Shown here: positions 18,686 to 27,844 of the stretch, piece by piece | How positions within the stretch are numbered: the stretch's first letter is position 1 | Layout of the letters: every line of letters begins with the position of its first letter | Source of the DNA: an uncultured Actinomycetota bacterium | Lineage (GTDB): Bacteria; Actinomycetota; Actinomycetes; DATJPE01 | Reading direction: 5' to 3' | Assembly: GCA_963851405.1 (NCBI GenBank) | Contig: CAWKPB010000009.1 | Location: 48 to 64,047, forward strand | DNA: 64,000 nucleotides | Position numbers and translations under genes: made by a program | The notes under the pieces: model-generated | The model's database searches: none | What the model saw: the letters and a program-made list of their open reading frames with translations, nothing else | Told to the model about the DNA's origin: nothing

Positions 18686-20319
18686 TCGACCAGGTCGACG
18701 GCCTCGGGCGCCTCATCTGGGCGATGCTTGGTGGCGCCCGGACCAACCGGAGCGCCCTCGCCGCCGTGCCCGCTTGCCCAGGACACCGACTCGGCATCTG
18801 CCGGCAGCCACCGCAAGATGACGAACAGCCCGAACAGGCACAGACCCATCGACAGGTAGGCCGCGGCGTGCAGCGAGGACAAGAAGGCACTGGCGCTCGC
18901 GGCCTGAAGCGCAGCGGCCGCGTCACCCCCTAGTTGTCCGGCCACCACATACGCGCCACCCACCGAGTCCTGCGCCGCCGCGGCGGCCTCTGGGGGCAAG
19001 CCCTCCAGGGCCGGCTCGACGCGGCTCGCATAGACACTGGCGACCACCGACGAGATCACGGCGATCCCCAGAGCCGCTACGACTTGGCGAACGGTGTTCT
19101 GGACCGCGGACCCAGCACCGGAGCGGGCGGGCGGAGTTGCCAGCGTCATCCGGGTCGTTGACGGCGCGACCACGTTCCCGAGTCCTAAGCCGAGCCCGAA
19201 GAACAACAACAGGATGAACCACAGGGGGGTCGTCGTCGTCGTCAAGGCGATACCCAAGAACACCAGACTGGTCAAGATCAACCCAAAGGAAACCACCTGG
19301 CGGCCACCGAATCTGGCCACCATCTTCTGCGAACGAGGCGCGGCAATCAGCTGCCCAATCGCAACCGGCACGACGCACATCCCCGCCTTGAGCGGCGAGA
19401 ACCCACGAACGACCTGAAGGTAGAACGTCAAGAAGATGAGGGTTCCCGACAACGCAGCGAACGCCACGGAGACGGCGGTCAGCGAGACCGTGAAGCTGCG
19501 GATCTTGAACAACGAGAGGTCGAGTGACGGGTGGTCGCTGCGCCATTCGATGAACACGAACAGCGCCAGAAGGGCGAGGCCGAGGATCACCGGTCCGAGG
19601 ACCTCCGGCGCGGTCCAGTCGCGGGTGTCGCCGCCCTTGAGGATCCCGTATGTCAGCAGCAGCAAACCGGCGATAGACAACAGAACACCTACGGGGTCCA
19701 GCCGCCCCGGCTTGGGGTTGCGGCTCTCGGGAACCAGCCACCAGATGGCCACGATGCCGATGATCACGATCGGCACGTTGATCAGGAAGACCGAACCCCA
19801 CCAGAAGTGCTCGATCAGGAATCCGCCCAGGACCGGCCCGATCGCTACTGCTCCGCCCACGGCCGCCGCCCACATCCCGATGGCCTTGCCCCGCTCACGG
19901 GGTGGGAAGACGACGGTGATGATCGCGAGAGTCACCGGCAGAACGGAGGCGCCACCTAAGCCCATGACGCCTCGGAACACAATGAGTTGTTCTGGGGTCT
20001 GTGCATACGCCGTCAGCAACGACGCCAGACCAAAAAGCACCAAGCCGATCATCAGTACGCGCTTGCGCCCGTACCGGTCGCCGAGGACACCCCAGGTGAA
20101 CAGCATGGCCGCAAAGACGCAGGTATAGGAGTTGATCGACCAGACCAACTGCTCCTGGGTGGCCCCGAGATCACGACTGATCGTCGGAAGGGCGACGTTG
20201 AGCACGGTGTTGTCCAAGACCACCACCAACAGGCTGACCACGAGCACTCCGAGGATCGCCCAGCGCTTGGGGTTCAGCTGTTCGTCGGCGGCTGCTGGTG
20301 GCAGGGAAGACTGGCTCAC
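18682..20319 (-). CDS. MFS transporter, DHA2-like 14-TM drug:H+ antiporter
   Basis: 14 predicted TM segments and a motif-A-like GxLaDrxGrkRvLmiG. The probable GTG start at 20319 is preceded by GGAG. The 5' part of ORF 18682..20616 is a non-coding extension. Confidence 0.85.
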   Translation of the reverse strand: MSQSSLPPAAADEQLNPKRWAILGVLVVSLLVVVLDNTVLNVALPTISRDLGATQEQLVWSINSYTCVFAAMLFTWGVLGDRYGRKRVLMIGLVLFGLASLLTAYAQTPEQLIVFRGVMGLGGASVLPVTLAIITVVFPPRERGKAIGMWAAAVGGAVAIGPVLGGFLIEHFWWGSVFLINVPIVIIGIVAIWWLVPESRNPKPGRLDPVGVLLSIAGLLLLTYGILKGGDTRDWTAPEVLGPVILGLALLALFVFIEWRSDHPSLDLSLFKIRSFTVSLTAVSVAFAALSGTLIFLTFYLQVVRGFSPLKAGMCVVPVAIGQLIAAPRSQKMVARFGGRQVVSFGLILTSLVFLGIALTTTTTPLWFILLLFFGLGLGLGNVVAPSTTRMTLATPPARSGAGSAVQNTVRQVVAALGIAVISSVVASVYASRVEPALEGLPPEAAAAAQDSVGGAYVVAGQLGGDAAAALQAASASAFLSSLHAAAYLSMGLCLFGLFVILRWLPADAESVSWASGHGGEGAPVGPGATKHRPDEAPEAVDLVE

Positions 20320-20360
20320 GGAACTCCTCGGTGGTGACAGGGACTCGATGGCGTGAGTGA

Positions 20361-20439
20361 CCGAGACAGATACGGAACGCACCCGTCTCGGATCTCGGGG
20401 CGAGCCTAGAGCCCGCTGTTCCGAGACGCAAACGTTCCG
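20361..20439. promoter_or_regulatory. Complex inverted repeat in the divergent MFS/TetR - panB intergenic region (candidate TetR operator or RNA structure)
   Basis: CGGAACG-n5-GTCTCGGA ...26 nt... TCCGAGAC-n5-CGTTCCG, a nested pair of inverted repeats, plus a third CCGAGAC copy at 20362. Confidence 0.3.
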
Positions 20440-20566
20440 CAACTGCGTCGCCAGCCGAGCGATGCCTTCACGAAATCGGCCATGCTGCCCGCGACCGGCT
20501 ACCCTTGGTGAGTCCACCAACACCGTACGGGGACCCGCGAGGGCCTCGAGACGAGAGGGGAACGCG

Positions 20567-21397
20567 ATGGCCCACGAAGCCTTGTACGGCGGCAGCACCG
20601 AGCGCCGCGTCACCATTCGCGACCTGGCTGCGGCGAAAGCCGATCAGGAGCGATGGCCCATGATCACCTCCTACGACGCGTTGACCGCCGGCCTATTCGA
20701 TGCGGCCGGTATTCCGGTCATCCTCGTGGGGGACTCCGCCTCGATGGTGGTCTATGGCCACGACTCGACACTTCCCGTCACCGTGGACGACTTGATTCCC
20801 TTGGTCGCAGCCGTGGTTCGAGGAACGTCACGGGCCCTGGTCGTGGCTGACCTGCCGTTCGGCTCCTACCAGGCCTCCCCCGCTCAGGCCCTCGAGACAG
20901 CCGCGCGCTTCGTCAAAGAAGCTGGCGCCCACGCGGTCAAGCTGGAAGGGGGATTGCGGGTCCTTCCCCAAGTCGAGGCGCTTGTCGCTGCAGGAGTCCC
21001 AGTCATGGGGCATCTGGGGTTGACCCCGCAGTCGATCAACACCTTCGGGGGCTACCGGGTTCAAGGGCGGGGCGAGGCCGGCGACCAGCTCCTTCGTGAC
21101 GCGAAGGCGCTCCAACACGCTGGCGCCTTTGCCGTGGTTCTCGAGGTCGTGCCCGACGAGCTGGCGAGCAAGGTCACAGCGATGTTGGAGATCCCGACGA
21201 TCGGCATCGGGGCAGGCGCAGGGTGTGACGCTCAGGTGCTGGTCTGGCAGGACTTGGCCGGGCTCACCCCAGGTCCGGGACCCAAGTTCGTCAAGCGATA
21301 TGCCGACCTACGCTCAGTGCTCACCGGGGCCGTACAGCAGTGGGCTGACGAGGTCGTCGACGGGACGTACCCGGCCAAGGACCACAGCTACCGCTGA
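20567..21397 (+). CDS. panB: 3-methyl-2-oxobutanoate hydroxymethyltransferase PanB
   Basis: ATG at 20567 with a GAGAGGGG RBS. The translation aligns to KPHMT (ILVGDS, GAHAVKLEGG...). Confidence 0.9.
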   Translation: MAHEALYGGSTERRVTIRDLAAAKADQERWPMITSYDALTAGLFDAAGIPVILVGDSASMVVYGHDSTLPVTVDDLIPLVAAVVRGTSRALVVADLPFGSYQASPAQALETAARFVKEAGAHAVKLEGGLRVLPQVEALVAAGVPVMGHLGLTPQSINTFGGYRVQGRGEAGDQLLRDAKALQHAGAFAVVLEVVPDELASKVTAMLEIPTIGIGAGAGCDAQVLVWQDLAGLTPGPGPKFVKRYADLRSVLTGAVQQWADEVVDGTYPAKDHSYR

Positions 21398-21474
21398 GGA
21401 CTGACTCACGACATCTCCCTGGCCCGCACCGAGATGTCGCTTCCCGCGTGCCAATCGGCGTTTCCAGAGCTGGG

Positions 21475-22161
21475 TTACACGTCCGTGACTCGTACTCCGG
21501 CGTGCGCCTTGTAGCGCCGGTTCACTGAAATCAGGTTGGCGGTCAGCGCCTCGACCTGGCCACAGTTGCGGAGGCGTCCCGCGTAGATGCCGCGGATGCC
21601 GGGGAGTCGCTCGGCCAGGGCTTGGGTGAGATCGGTGGCGGCCCGGTCGTCACCCACCACCAACACGTCGGTATCGAAGGACGTGACCTCAAGATCGAGG
21701 AGCAGGACCGCACTGAGGTGATGGAAAGCACCAACCACCCGCGAACGAGGGAGTACCTGCGAGGCTTGTTCTGCGGCCGATCCTTCGGGCACGTCGAGGG
21801 CGTATGCCCCTTGCTTGTCGAAGCCCAACGGATTTACGCAGTCGATGACGAGTTTGTCCGTCAGCTCACTTTCCAGCGACGCGAGGGTCGTTCGGTGCCC
21901 GTCCCAGGGCACCGCAACGATCACCACATCCGCCTCGGCGGCGCAGTCCACGTTTGAACGCCCCTCGACCGACAGGCCGATGTCTGCGGCGATGGCCTCG
22001 GCCCGTGAGGCGTCACGCGAACCGAGAATGACGCGCTGCCCAGTGGCTGCCAGGCGCACAGCCAACCCGCGGCCCTGAGGCCCGGTGCCGCCCAGGACGC
22101 CGACAACCAGATCGGATACATCTGGAAGGGCTGGGGACTCGACACGGCCAGATTCACTCAT
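21475..22161 (-). CDS. NADPH-dependent F420 reductase (NpdG family)
   Basis: Rossmann motif VLGGTGPQG and overall similarity to F420H2:NADP+ oxidoreductase. Confidence 0.7.
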   Translation of the reverse strand: MSESGRVESPALPDVSDLVVGVLGGTGPQGRGLAVRLAATGQRVILGSRDASRAEAIAADIGLSVEGRSNVDCAAEADVVIVAVPWDGHRTTLASLESELTDKLVIDCVNPLGFDKQGAYALDVPEGSAAEQASQVLPRSRVVGAFHHLSAVLLLDLEVTSFDTDVLVVGDDRAATDLTQALAERLPGIRGIYAGRLRNCGQVEALTANLISVNRRYKAHAGVRVTDV

Positions 22162-22206
22162 GCGGGGATCCTGCCAGCCTCGAGGTCACTGGGGCACGAT
22201 GGGTCC

Positions 22207-22809
22207 ATGGATGCCACACAGGTCGCCGCCCTACGTGATCTGTTGTCAACGACGGGCTGGGTTGATCGAACCCGACAATTCGCCCGCACGATGCGCCGCT
22301 CAACCACCACCGAGAGCGGGCTCCTGCTGGTCGGCACACCTCAGGAAGAACCCTGGCACCTCACGGCCCACCTGTCTGACGAGGCTCGACTCACGGGCAT
22401 CCCCGAACTGATGCCCACTCTCGTTCGCTGGGAAGTCCCAGCGGGCGCGCGCCCCCATCTGGCAGTCAGCCTCGACCGACTCGAGGCGGCCGGCAAGGGC
22501 GAAACAGTTCTCGTCGTCGCCGAGGACATCGCTCCCGAGTCGCTGCTCCAACGAGCCTGGGATGCCCGAAAGTCCGGTGCCACGGTGTTGTCCCTCGACG
22601 GCGGCGACGAGGAGCTCGAGAGCGTGGCCCACGAGTCCTTGACCGTCGTTCCTGACGAACTCGTGGTGCCTGGAGTGTCGTTTGACGCCGTACAACACCT
22701 CGTCAGTGCGGCCGCAGGCGAGGATGTTGGCGACCCTGGCGCAAGGAGACGCTTCCGCGATCGACTCGGGCATTTTTTGGACGCCGTGAGCGGCCCTAGC
22801 CAGCGCTGA
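22207..22809 (+). CDS. Hypothetical protein
   Basis: A 200-aa ORF with consistent GC3 bias and no recognisable motif. Confidence 0.4.
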   Translation: MDATQVAALRDLLSTTGWVDRTRQFARTMRRSTTTESGLLLVGTPQEEPWHLTAHLSDEARLTGIPELMPTLVRWEVPAGARPHLAVSLDRLEAAGKGETVLVVAEDIAPESLLQRAWDARKSGATVLSLDGGDEELESVAHESLTVVPDELVVPGVSFDAVQHLVSAAAGEDVGDPGARRRFRDRLGHFLDAVSGPSQR

Positions 22810-22872
22810 CCGGGTCGCCGTCGGCGATAAGCCGTTGCTTGGCCGATCTGGGCGCTGAGAGGCTGCCCGCTT

Positions 22873-24180
22873 GTGGGAGCCATCGATCTAGTCCGCCGGC
22901 TTCGGCTCGACGTCACTCCCCTACGCACCTCGCGCGACTTCCGGCTGTTGTTCTCCTCCGGGATCGTGTCCTACCTCGGTTCGATGATCACCTATGTCGC
23001 TTTGCCCTTCCAGGTCAAGGAATTGACTGGTTCGTTCCTCGCCGTGGGCGCCCTCGGGCTGGTCGAGCTGCTTCCACTCATCGTCTTCGGCCTGTGGGGA
23101 GGCGCGCTGGCAGATGCCGTCGACCGGCGGATCATGATGGTGCTCACCGAGATCGGGCTCGGCCTGACCTCAGCCATCCTGCTGATCAACGCATTGCTCC
23201 CCAGCCCCAAGCTCTGGGTGATCTACGTCGTTGCCGCTCTCGTGGCGTCGATGGACGGGCTCCAACGCCCCAGCCTGGATGCCATGGTTCCCCAGGTGGT
23301 TGCTCACGATCAGTTGGCCGCCGCAAGCGCCCTCAACTCCCTCCGCTGGCAATTTGGGATGATCATCGGGCCGGCCATCGGCGGCCTGATCGTGGCCTGG
23401 CAGGGAGTGGCGCTCGCCTACGCCGCCGACGTGCTGACCTTTTTTGTTTCCATCGGCTTGCTCTGGCGACTGCGTCCGGCGAGAGCTGGCGGAGCCTCCG
23501 AATCGGTCAACTGGCGCGGCATCGTCGAAGGCGCGACGTATGCCTGGAGCCGCAAGGACCTGCTCGGGACTTACGCGGTCGACTTGGTCGCGATGATCTT
23601 CGCCTTCCCCTATGCCGTGTTTCCCTTCGTGGCAGACGCCCTAGGGGCGCCTTGGTCTTTGGGCCTGCTCTACACGGCACCCACCGTCGGAGCCCTGCTC
23701 GCCACCCTTGCATCCGGTTGGACGAGCCAAGTCCGGCACCACGGCCGCGCCATCATCTGCGCAGCCATCGGCTGGGGGGCCGCCGTCGCGATATTCGGGA
23801 CGCTGGCCAACCTGTGGGTGGCCCTGCTCGCCCTGGCGTTCGCGGGCGCATTCGACATGGTGAGTGGACTCTTCCGCACGCTCATGTGGAACCAAACCAT
23901 CCCCACGGAACTACGCGGCCGGATGGCTGGAATCGAACTGCTCAGCTACTCCATCGGTCCGACGATGGGGCAGGTACGTGTGAGCGTGGCCGCCCAGCGA
24001 TACGGCTTGCGCACCAGTTTGATCAGCGGCGGACTGCTGTGCGTGGCGGGGGTGGGACTCCTCGCCGTCTCGCTCCCGTCCCTGTGGCGCTACGACGAGC
24101 GGACCGACGAGAACGCCGCCAGGCAACGCACCCGCCGGCAAGAGGAATCCGAGCGCAGGGACGGCCTCCCGCCGGATTGA
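22873..24180 (+). CDS. MFS transporter (EntS/YbdA-like)
   Basis: 12 TM helices with a conserved GxLADrxdRR motif in loop 2-3. Confidence 0.8.
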   Translation: MGAIDLVRRLRLDVTPLRTSRDFRLLFSSGIVSYLGSMITYVALPFQVKELTGSFLAVGALGLVELLPLIVFGLWGGALADAVDRRIMMVLTEIGLGLTSAILLINALLPSPKLWVIYVVAALVASMDGLQRPSLDAMVPQVVAHDQLAAASALNSLRWQFGMIIGPAIGGLIVAWQGVALAYAADVLTFFVSIGLLWRLRPARAGGASESVNWRGIVEGATYAWSRKDLLGTYAVDLVAMIFAFPYAVFPFVADALGAPWSLGLLYTAPTVGALLATLASGWTSQVRHHGRAIICAAIGWGAAVAIFGTLANLWVALLALAFAGAFDMVSGLFRTLMWNQTIPTELRGRMAGIELLSYSIGPTMGQVRVSVAAQRYGLRTSLISGGLLCVAGVGLLAVSLPSLWRYDERTDENAARQRTRRQEESERRDGLPPD

Positions 24181-24222
24181 TCGAAGCCGCAGCTATATGA
24201 GCGTGCCCAGATCGGCTCTCCT

Positions 24223-25116
24223 GTGCCGGCTGGCCCGGCCTACACTCCCGGGGTGACCCTCGCGCCCGGCACCGTCTCCCCGATTCGGCCCGTCCCAGAG
24301 CCCATCGCCCGCCCGGACTATGTCGGCCGCAAATCCGCTCCGCGTCCCACGAGCTCCTTCGTGCAGGATCCGGACGTCATCGACCGAATGCGCGTCGCCG
24401 GTCGCTTGGCAGCTCAGGCGCTCGCAGAAGTGGGGCGGCACGTGGCCCCAGGAGTCACGACCGAGTCGCTGGATCGGATCGGGCACGCCTTTATCTGCGA
24501 CCACGGCGCGTACCCCTCGACTTTGCTTTACCCGGGCCAGGGCGGTATCCCCCCCTTCCCCAAGTCGCTATGTACCAGCGTGAACGAGGTCATCTGTCAC
24601 GGAATCCCCGACGACACCGTCTTGGCGGACGGAGACATCGTCAATATCGATCTCACGGTTTTCCTCGACGGCGTCCATGGCGATACCGACGCGACCTTCT
24701 TAGTCGGCGACGTCGATGAGGAATCCCGGCTGCTCGTCGAGCGAACACACGAAGCGATGATGCGCGGCATCAAAGCCGTCTGTCCCGGACGGCAGATCAA
24801 TGTCATTGGGCGGGTGATCGAGGCGTACGCCCGCCGGTTCGGATACGGCGTGGTGCGTGATTTCACCGGCCACGGGATCGCGACGTCGTTCCATTCGGGC
24901 TTGGTCATTCCGCACTACGACGATCCCCACGCGACCACCCTCATGGAACCGGGGATGACCTTCACGATCGAGCCGATGTTGACCCTCGGGGGGATCGACT
25001 ACACGATCTGGACCGACGGCTGGACCGTCGTCACAGCCGACGGCAGCCGAACCGCGCAAAGTGAGCACACTCTGGTCGTGACGGAGTCCGGTGCTGAGAT
25101 CTTGACCCTCCCCTGA
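24223..25116 (+). CDS. map: Methionine aminopeptidase type Ic (MapB-like, with an N-terminal Pro-rich extension)
   Basis: Full pita-bread fold motifs are present (metal ligands D, D, H, E, E). The N-terminal extension [27 protein letters not shown] is typical of actinobacterial MetAP1c. Confidence 0.9.
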   Translation: MPAGPAYTPGVTLAPGTVSPIRPVPEPIARPDYVGRKSAPRPTSSFVQDPDVIDRMRVAGRLAAQALAEVGRHVAPGVTTESLDRIGHAFICDHGAYPSTLLYPGQGGIPPFPKSLCTSVNEVICHGIPDDTVLADGDIVNIDLTVFLDGVHGDTDATFLVGDVDEESRLLVERTHEAMMRGIKAVCPGRQINVIGRVIEAYARRFGYGVVRDFTGHGIATSFHSGLVIPHYDDPHATTLMEPGMTFTIEPMLTLGGIDYTIWTDGWTVVTADGSRTAQSEHTLVVTESGAEILTLP

Positions 25117-25146
25117 TCTGCGAACAACGCGTCATAGGCTCTCAGC

Positions 25147-25923
25147 GTGCTGATTCCCGAACGCTGGCCGGAGAACGTCAAGACGCTGGCCATCGATATC
25201 GGCGGGTCGGGATTGAAGGCCTCAGTTCTTGGTCCGGACGGCGAGATGTTGGTCGATCGGGTCCGGATGGAGACCCCGTACCCCTGCGGTCCCGACTTGT
25301 TGACGTCGAGTCTGCTCGAGTTGACGGCCCCGCTGCCGAGTTACGACCGGGTGACCGTGGGATTCCCTGGGTTGATTCGAGCTGGTCGGGTCCTCCACGT
25401 CCCGTCCCTGTCCAGAACGCAACGAGGAGGCCCGAGAGACGAAGACCAGGCTGCGCTCTGGGAGGCCTTCCCGTTGGAGGAAGCCCTTGGAGTGGCCTTC
25501 GGCAAGCCTCTTCTGCTGGCCAACGACGCCGACGTCCAAGGCTGCGCGGTCGTGTCAGGCGTCGGATTCGAATACGTGATGACCCTGGGCACCGGAGTGG
25601 GCACGGCGCTGTTCTCCGATGGCACGCTGCTGCCCCACATCGAGCTGTCGCACGGCCCGTTCCGTGAGGGCGAGTCCTTCGACATTCAGCTTGGGGATGC
25701 CGCACTCAAGAAGATCGGCCACAAGAACTGGAACCGTCGCGTGAAGGAAGCCTTGGGTTGGTTGGAAAAGGTCCTGTACCCCGACCGGATCTACATAGGT
25801 GGGGGTAACGCCAAGAAGCTCGCAATCACACTCCCTCCCACCACCCAGATCGTCCCGAACGCGGCCGGCATTCTCGGCGGTATCCGGCTGTGGGAGCGGC
25901 ACGAAAACGTTCGACACCGCTGA
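25147..25923 (+). CDS. ppgK: ROK-family sugar kinase, probable polyphosphate/ATP glucokinase
   Basis: An N-terminal DIGGSGLK phosphate-1 motif, an LANDADV motif, and overall collinearity with PPGK. Confidence 0.7.
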   Translation: MLIPERWPENVKTLAIDIGGSGLKASVLGPDGEMLVDRVRMETPYPCGPDLLTSSLLELTAPLPSYDRVTVGFPGLIRAGRVLHVPSLSRTQRGGPRDEDQAALWEAFPLEEALGVAFGKPLLLANDADVQGCAVVSGVGFEYVMTLGTGVGTALFSDGTLLPHIELSHGPFREGESFDIQLGDAALKKIGHKNWNRRVKEALGWLEKVLYPDRIYIGGGNAKKLAITLPPTTQIVPNAAGILGGIRLWERHENVRHR

Positions 25924-25963
25924 CCGTTGGGTTTTTGGTTCGCCTTTCAACTATCCTACGGGG

Positions 25964-26461
25964 ATGTCCGTCTCACCAAGTGCGACCAGAAATGTCCCCT
26001 GGCTATCCGCTGACGAGCAACGTGCGTGGCGAGGGTGGATCACCGCCGGGCTCCAGCTGTCACACGAACTCGAGCGCTCACTTAAGGCCGAGCACGGAAT
26101 CACACTCGCCGACTACGAGATCCTGGTCCGACTGTCCGAAGCGCCGGACTGGCAGATGCGGATGAGCGATCTCGCGGCGGTGACCTTGTCGTCCAGATCC
26201 CGGTTGTCCCATCAGGTAGCTCGGATGGAAGCCCACCACTGGCTGTCGCGGCACGGTTGCCCTACAGATCGCCGAGGAACGTTCGCACAAATGACCCCAG
26301 CCGGTTGGTCTCTGCTTAATGCCGCGGCCCCTTCCCACGTGGCCTCGGTCCGCCGTTACCTTGTTGATGCGCTGACCCCGGAAGAGTTCCTTACCCTCGG
26401 TAGCACCTGCGAGAAGATCTCGGCTCATATCACCAGCGACGAGTCGCTCTCCCTCGCCTGA
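25964..26461 (+). CDS. MarR-family transcriptional regulator
   Basis: ATG at 25964. The winged-HTH region reads ...ITLADYEILVRLSEAPDWQMRMSDLAAVTLSSRSRLSHQVARME.... Confidence 0.8.
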   Translation: MSVSPSATRNVPWLSADEQRAWRGWITAGLQLSHELERSLKAEHGITLADYEILVRLSEAPDWQMRMSDLAAVTLSSRSRLSHQVARMEAHHWLSRHGCPTDRRGTFAQMTPAGWSLLNAAAPSHVASVRRYLVDALTPEEFLTLGSTCEKISAHITSDESLSLA

Positions 26462-26497
26462 CACGACCGGTGGGGCGCGCGTGATCGCTGTCCCCAG

Positions 26498-27844
26498 GTG
26501 CGAGAGGGTGTCCGGGTGACTGACCCCAGCCCCTTGCGCCTGGCCGTGATCGGCGCCGGCCCCGCCGGCCTGTACGCCGTTGGAGCCCTGCTCAAGCATG
26601 CACCGGAAGACACGACGGTTGACGTCTTCGATCGGCTACCGACTCCGTACGGTCTGATCAGGTACGGAGTGGCGCCGGACCACCACAAGATCAAGAACGT
26701 CGCGCGCGCTCTCCAGCCGTCGCTTGAAGACGCGAGGGTGCGTTTCCTCGGGGGGGTCGAACTTGGTCGCGACCTGACTCGCTCCGACCTGCTCGCTGCC
26801 TATCACGCAGTGATCTACGCGACGGGCGCCGCCGTTGACCGTCGGCTGGACATCCCCGGTGAGGAGCTCCCCGGTTCCTGCTCGTCGACGGAATTCGTGA
26901 ACTGGTACAGCGGCCACCCCGATGCTGACCAGCCATTCCCCCTCGACGTCGAGTCCGTGGCCGTCATAGGCGTCGGCAACGTGGCCGTTGACGTTGCTCG
27001 CATCTTGGCGGTCCCGGTCGCACACCTCCATGACACAGACGTCCCCCCGACGGTGTACGAACGGCTGGCCGAGAGCCGGGTACGCGAGGTGCATCTGATC
27101 GGCCGACGGGGCCCGGAATTCGCGAAATTCACCACCAAGGAACTACGCGAACTCGGCGAGCTCGATGGCGTTACGGCGATAGCCGAGGCAGGCGACCTGC
27201 CCGATCCGGGAATGGAGCATGAACGCCACGTAGCGGCCAATCTGGCGGCCATCGAGAGCTGGGTGGGCCGCACACCCCAAACCCACGATCGAGTGATCAG
27301 GGCACACTTCTGGCAGCGCCCAACCGCGATCCTCGGTGAGACGTCCGTTGCCGGTATCCGCCTCGAGAGTTCTCGGCCGGGCACACCCGCGGCGGTCACC
27401 GAGCTCCCCGTTCAGGCCGTAGTCCGTGCGGTGGGCTACCGCAGCCTTCCTCTCCCGGATCTTCCCTTCGACGAGGAGCGGGCCGTGATCAGCCATGACG
27501 GTGTCGGGCGGGTGCTGGATCCAACCGGCGACATCCTCGTGGGCGAATACGTCACCGGCTGGGTCAAGCGAGGACCTACAGGCGTGATCGGCACGAACAA
27601 GGGCGATGCCACAGAGACCGTCCGTGCTTTGCTAGCCGACCTGGAGTCGGGAGAGCTTGATCAAACCCGCCGACAAGTGGAGATCGACGCGGTGCTGCGC
27701 GACAACGCCGCGGCCGTCGTGGCCTACAAAGGTTGGCTGCGCATTGATGCGGAGGAAGTGGCTCGGGGTGGTGCGCTGGGTCGGCCGCGGGTGAAGATCG
27801 CCGCGTGGGACGAGCTCCTCACGCTCGGGGCCAACGCGACCTAG
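26498..27844 (+). CDS. fprA: NADPH:ferredoxin/adrenodoxin reductase (FprA-type flavoprotein)
   Basis: An N-terminal FAD GxGxxG motif (VIGAGPAGLYA) and a second NADP Rossmann motif (VIGVGNVAVDVARIL). Confidence 0.8.
   Translation: MREGVRVTDPSPLRLAVIGAGPAGLYAVGALLKHAPEDTTVDVFDRLPTPYGLIRYGVAPDHHKIKNVARALQPSLEDARVRFLGGVELGRDLTRSDLLAAYHAVIYATGAAVDRRLDIPGEELPGSCSSTEFVNWYSGHPDADQPFPLDVESVAVIGVGNVAVDVARILAVPVAHLHDTDVPPTVYERLAESRVREVHLIGRRGPEFAKFTTKELRELGELDGVTAIAEAGDLPDPGMEHERHVAANLAAIESWVGRTPQTHDRVIRAHFWQRPTAILGETSVAGIRLESSRPGTPAAVTELPVQAVVRAVGYRSLPLPDLPFDEERAVISHDGVGRVLDPTGDILVGEYVTGWVKRGPTGVIGTNKGDATETVRALLADLESGELDQTRRQVEIDAVLRDNAAAVVAYKGWLRIDAEEVARGGALGRPRVKIAAWDELLTLGANAT

Noticed and set aside
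18922-20431. Several 100-316-aa ORFs overlapping the DHA2 MFS gene
   Set aside because: They are antisense or out-of-frame to a 14-TM transporter with clear family motifs, and their products are low-complexity Arg/Gly/Pro-rich.
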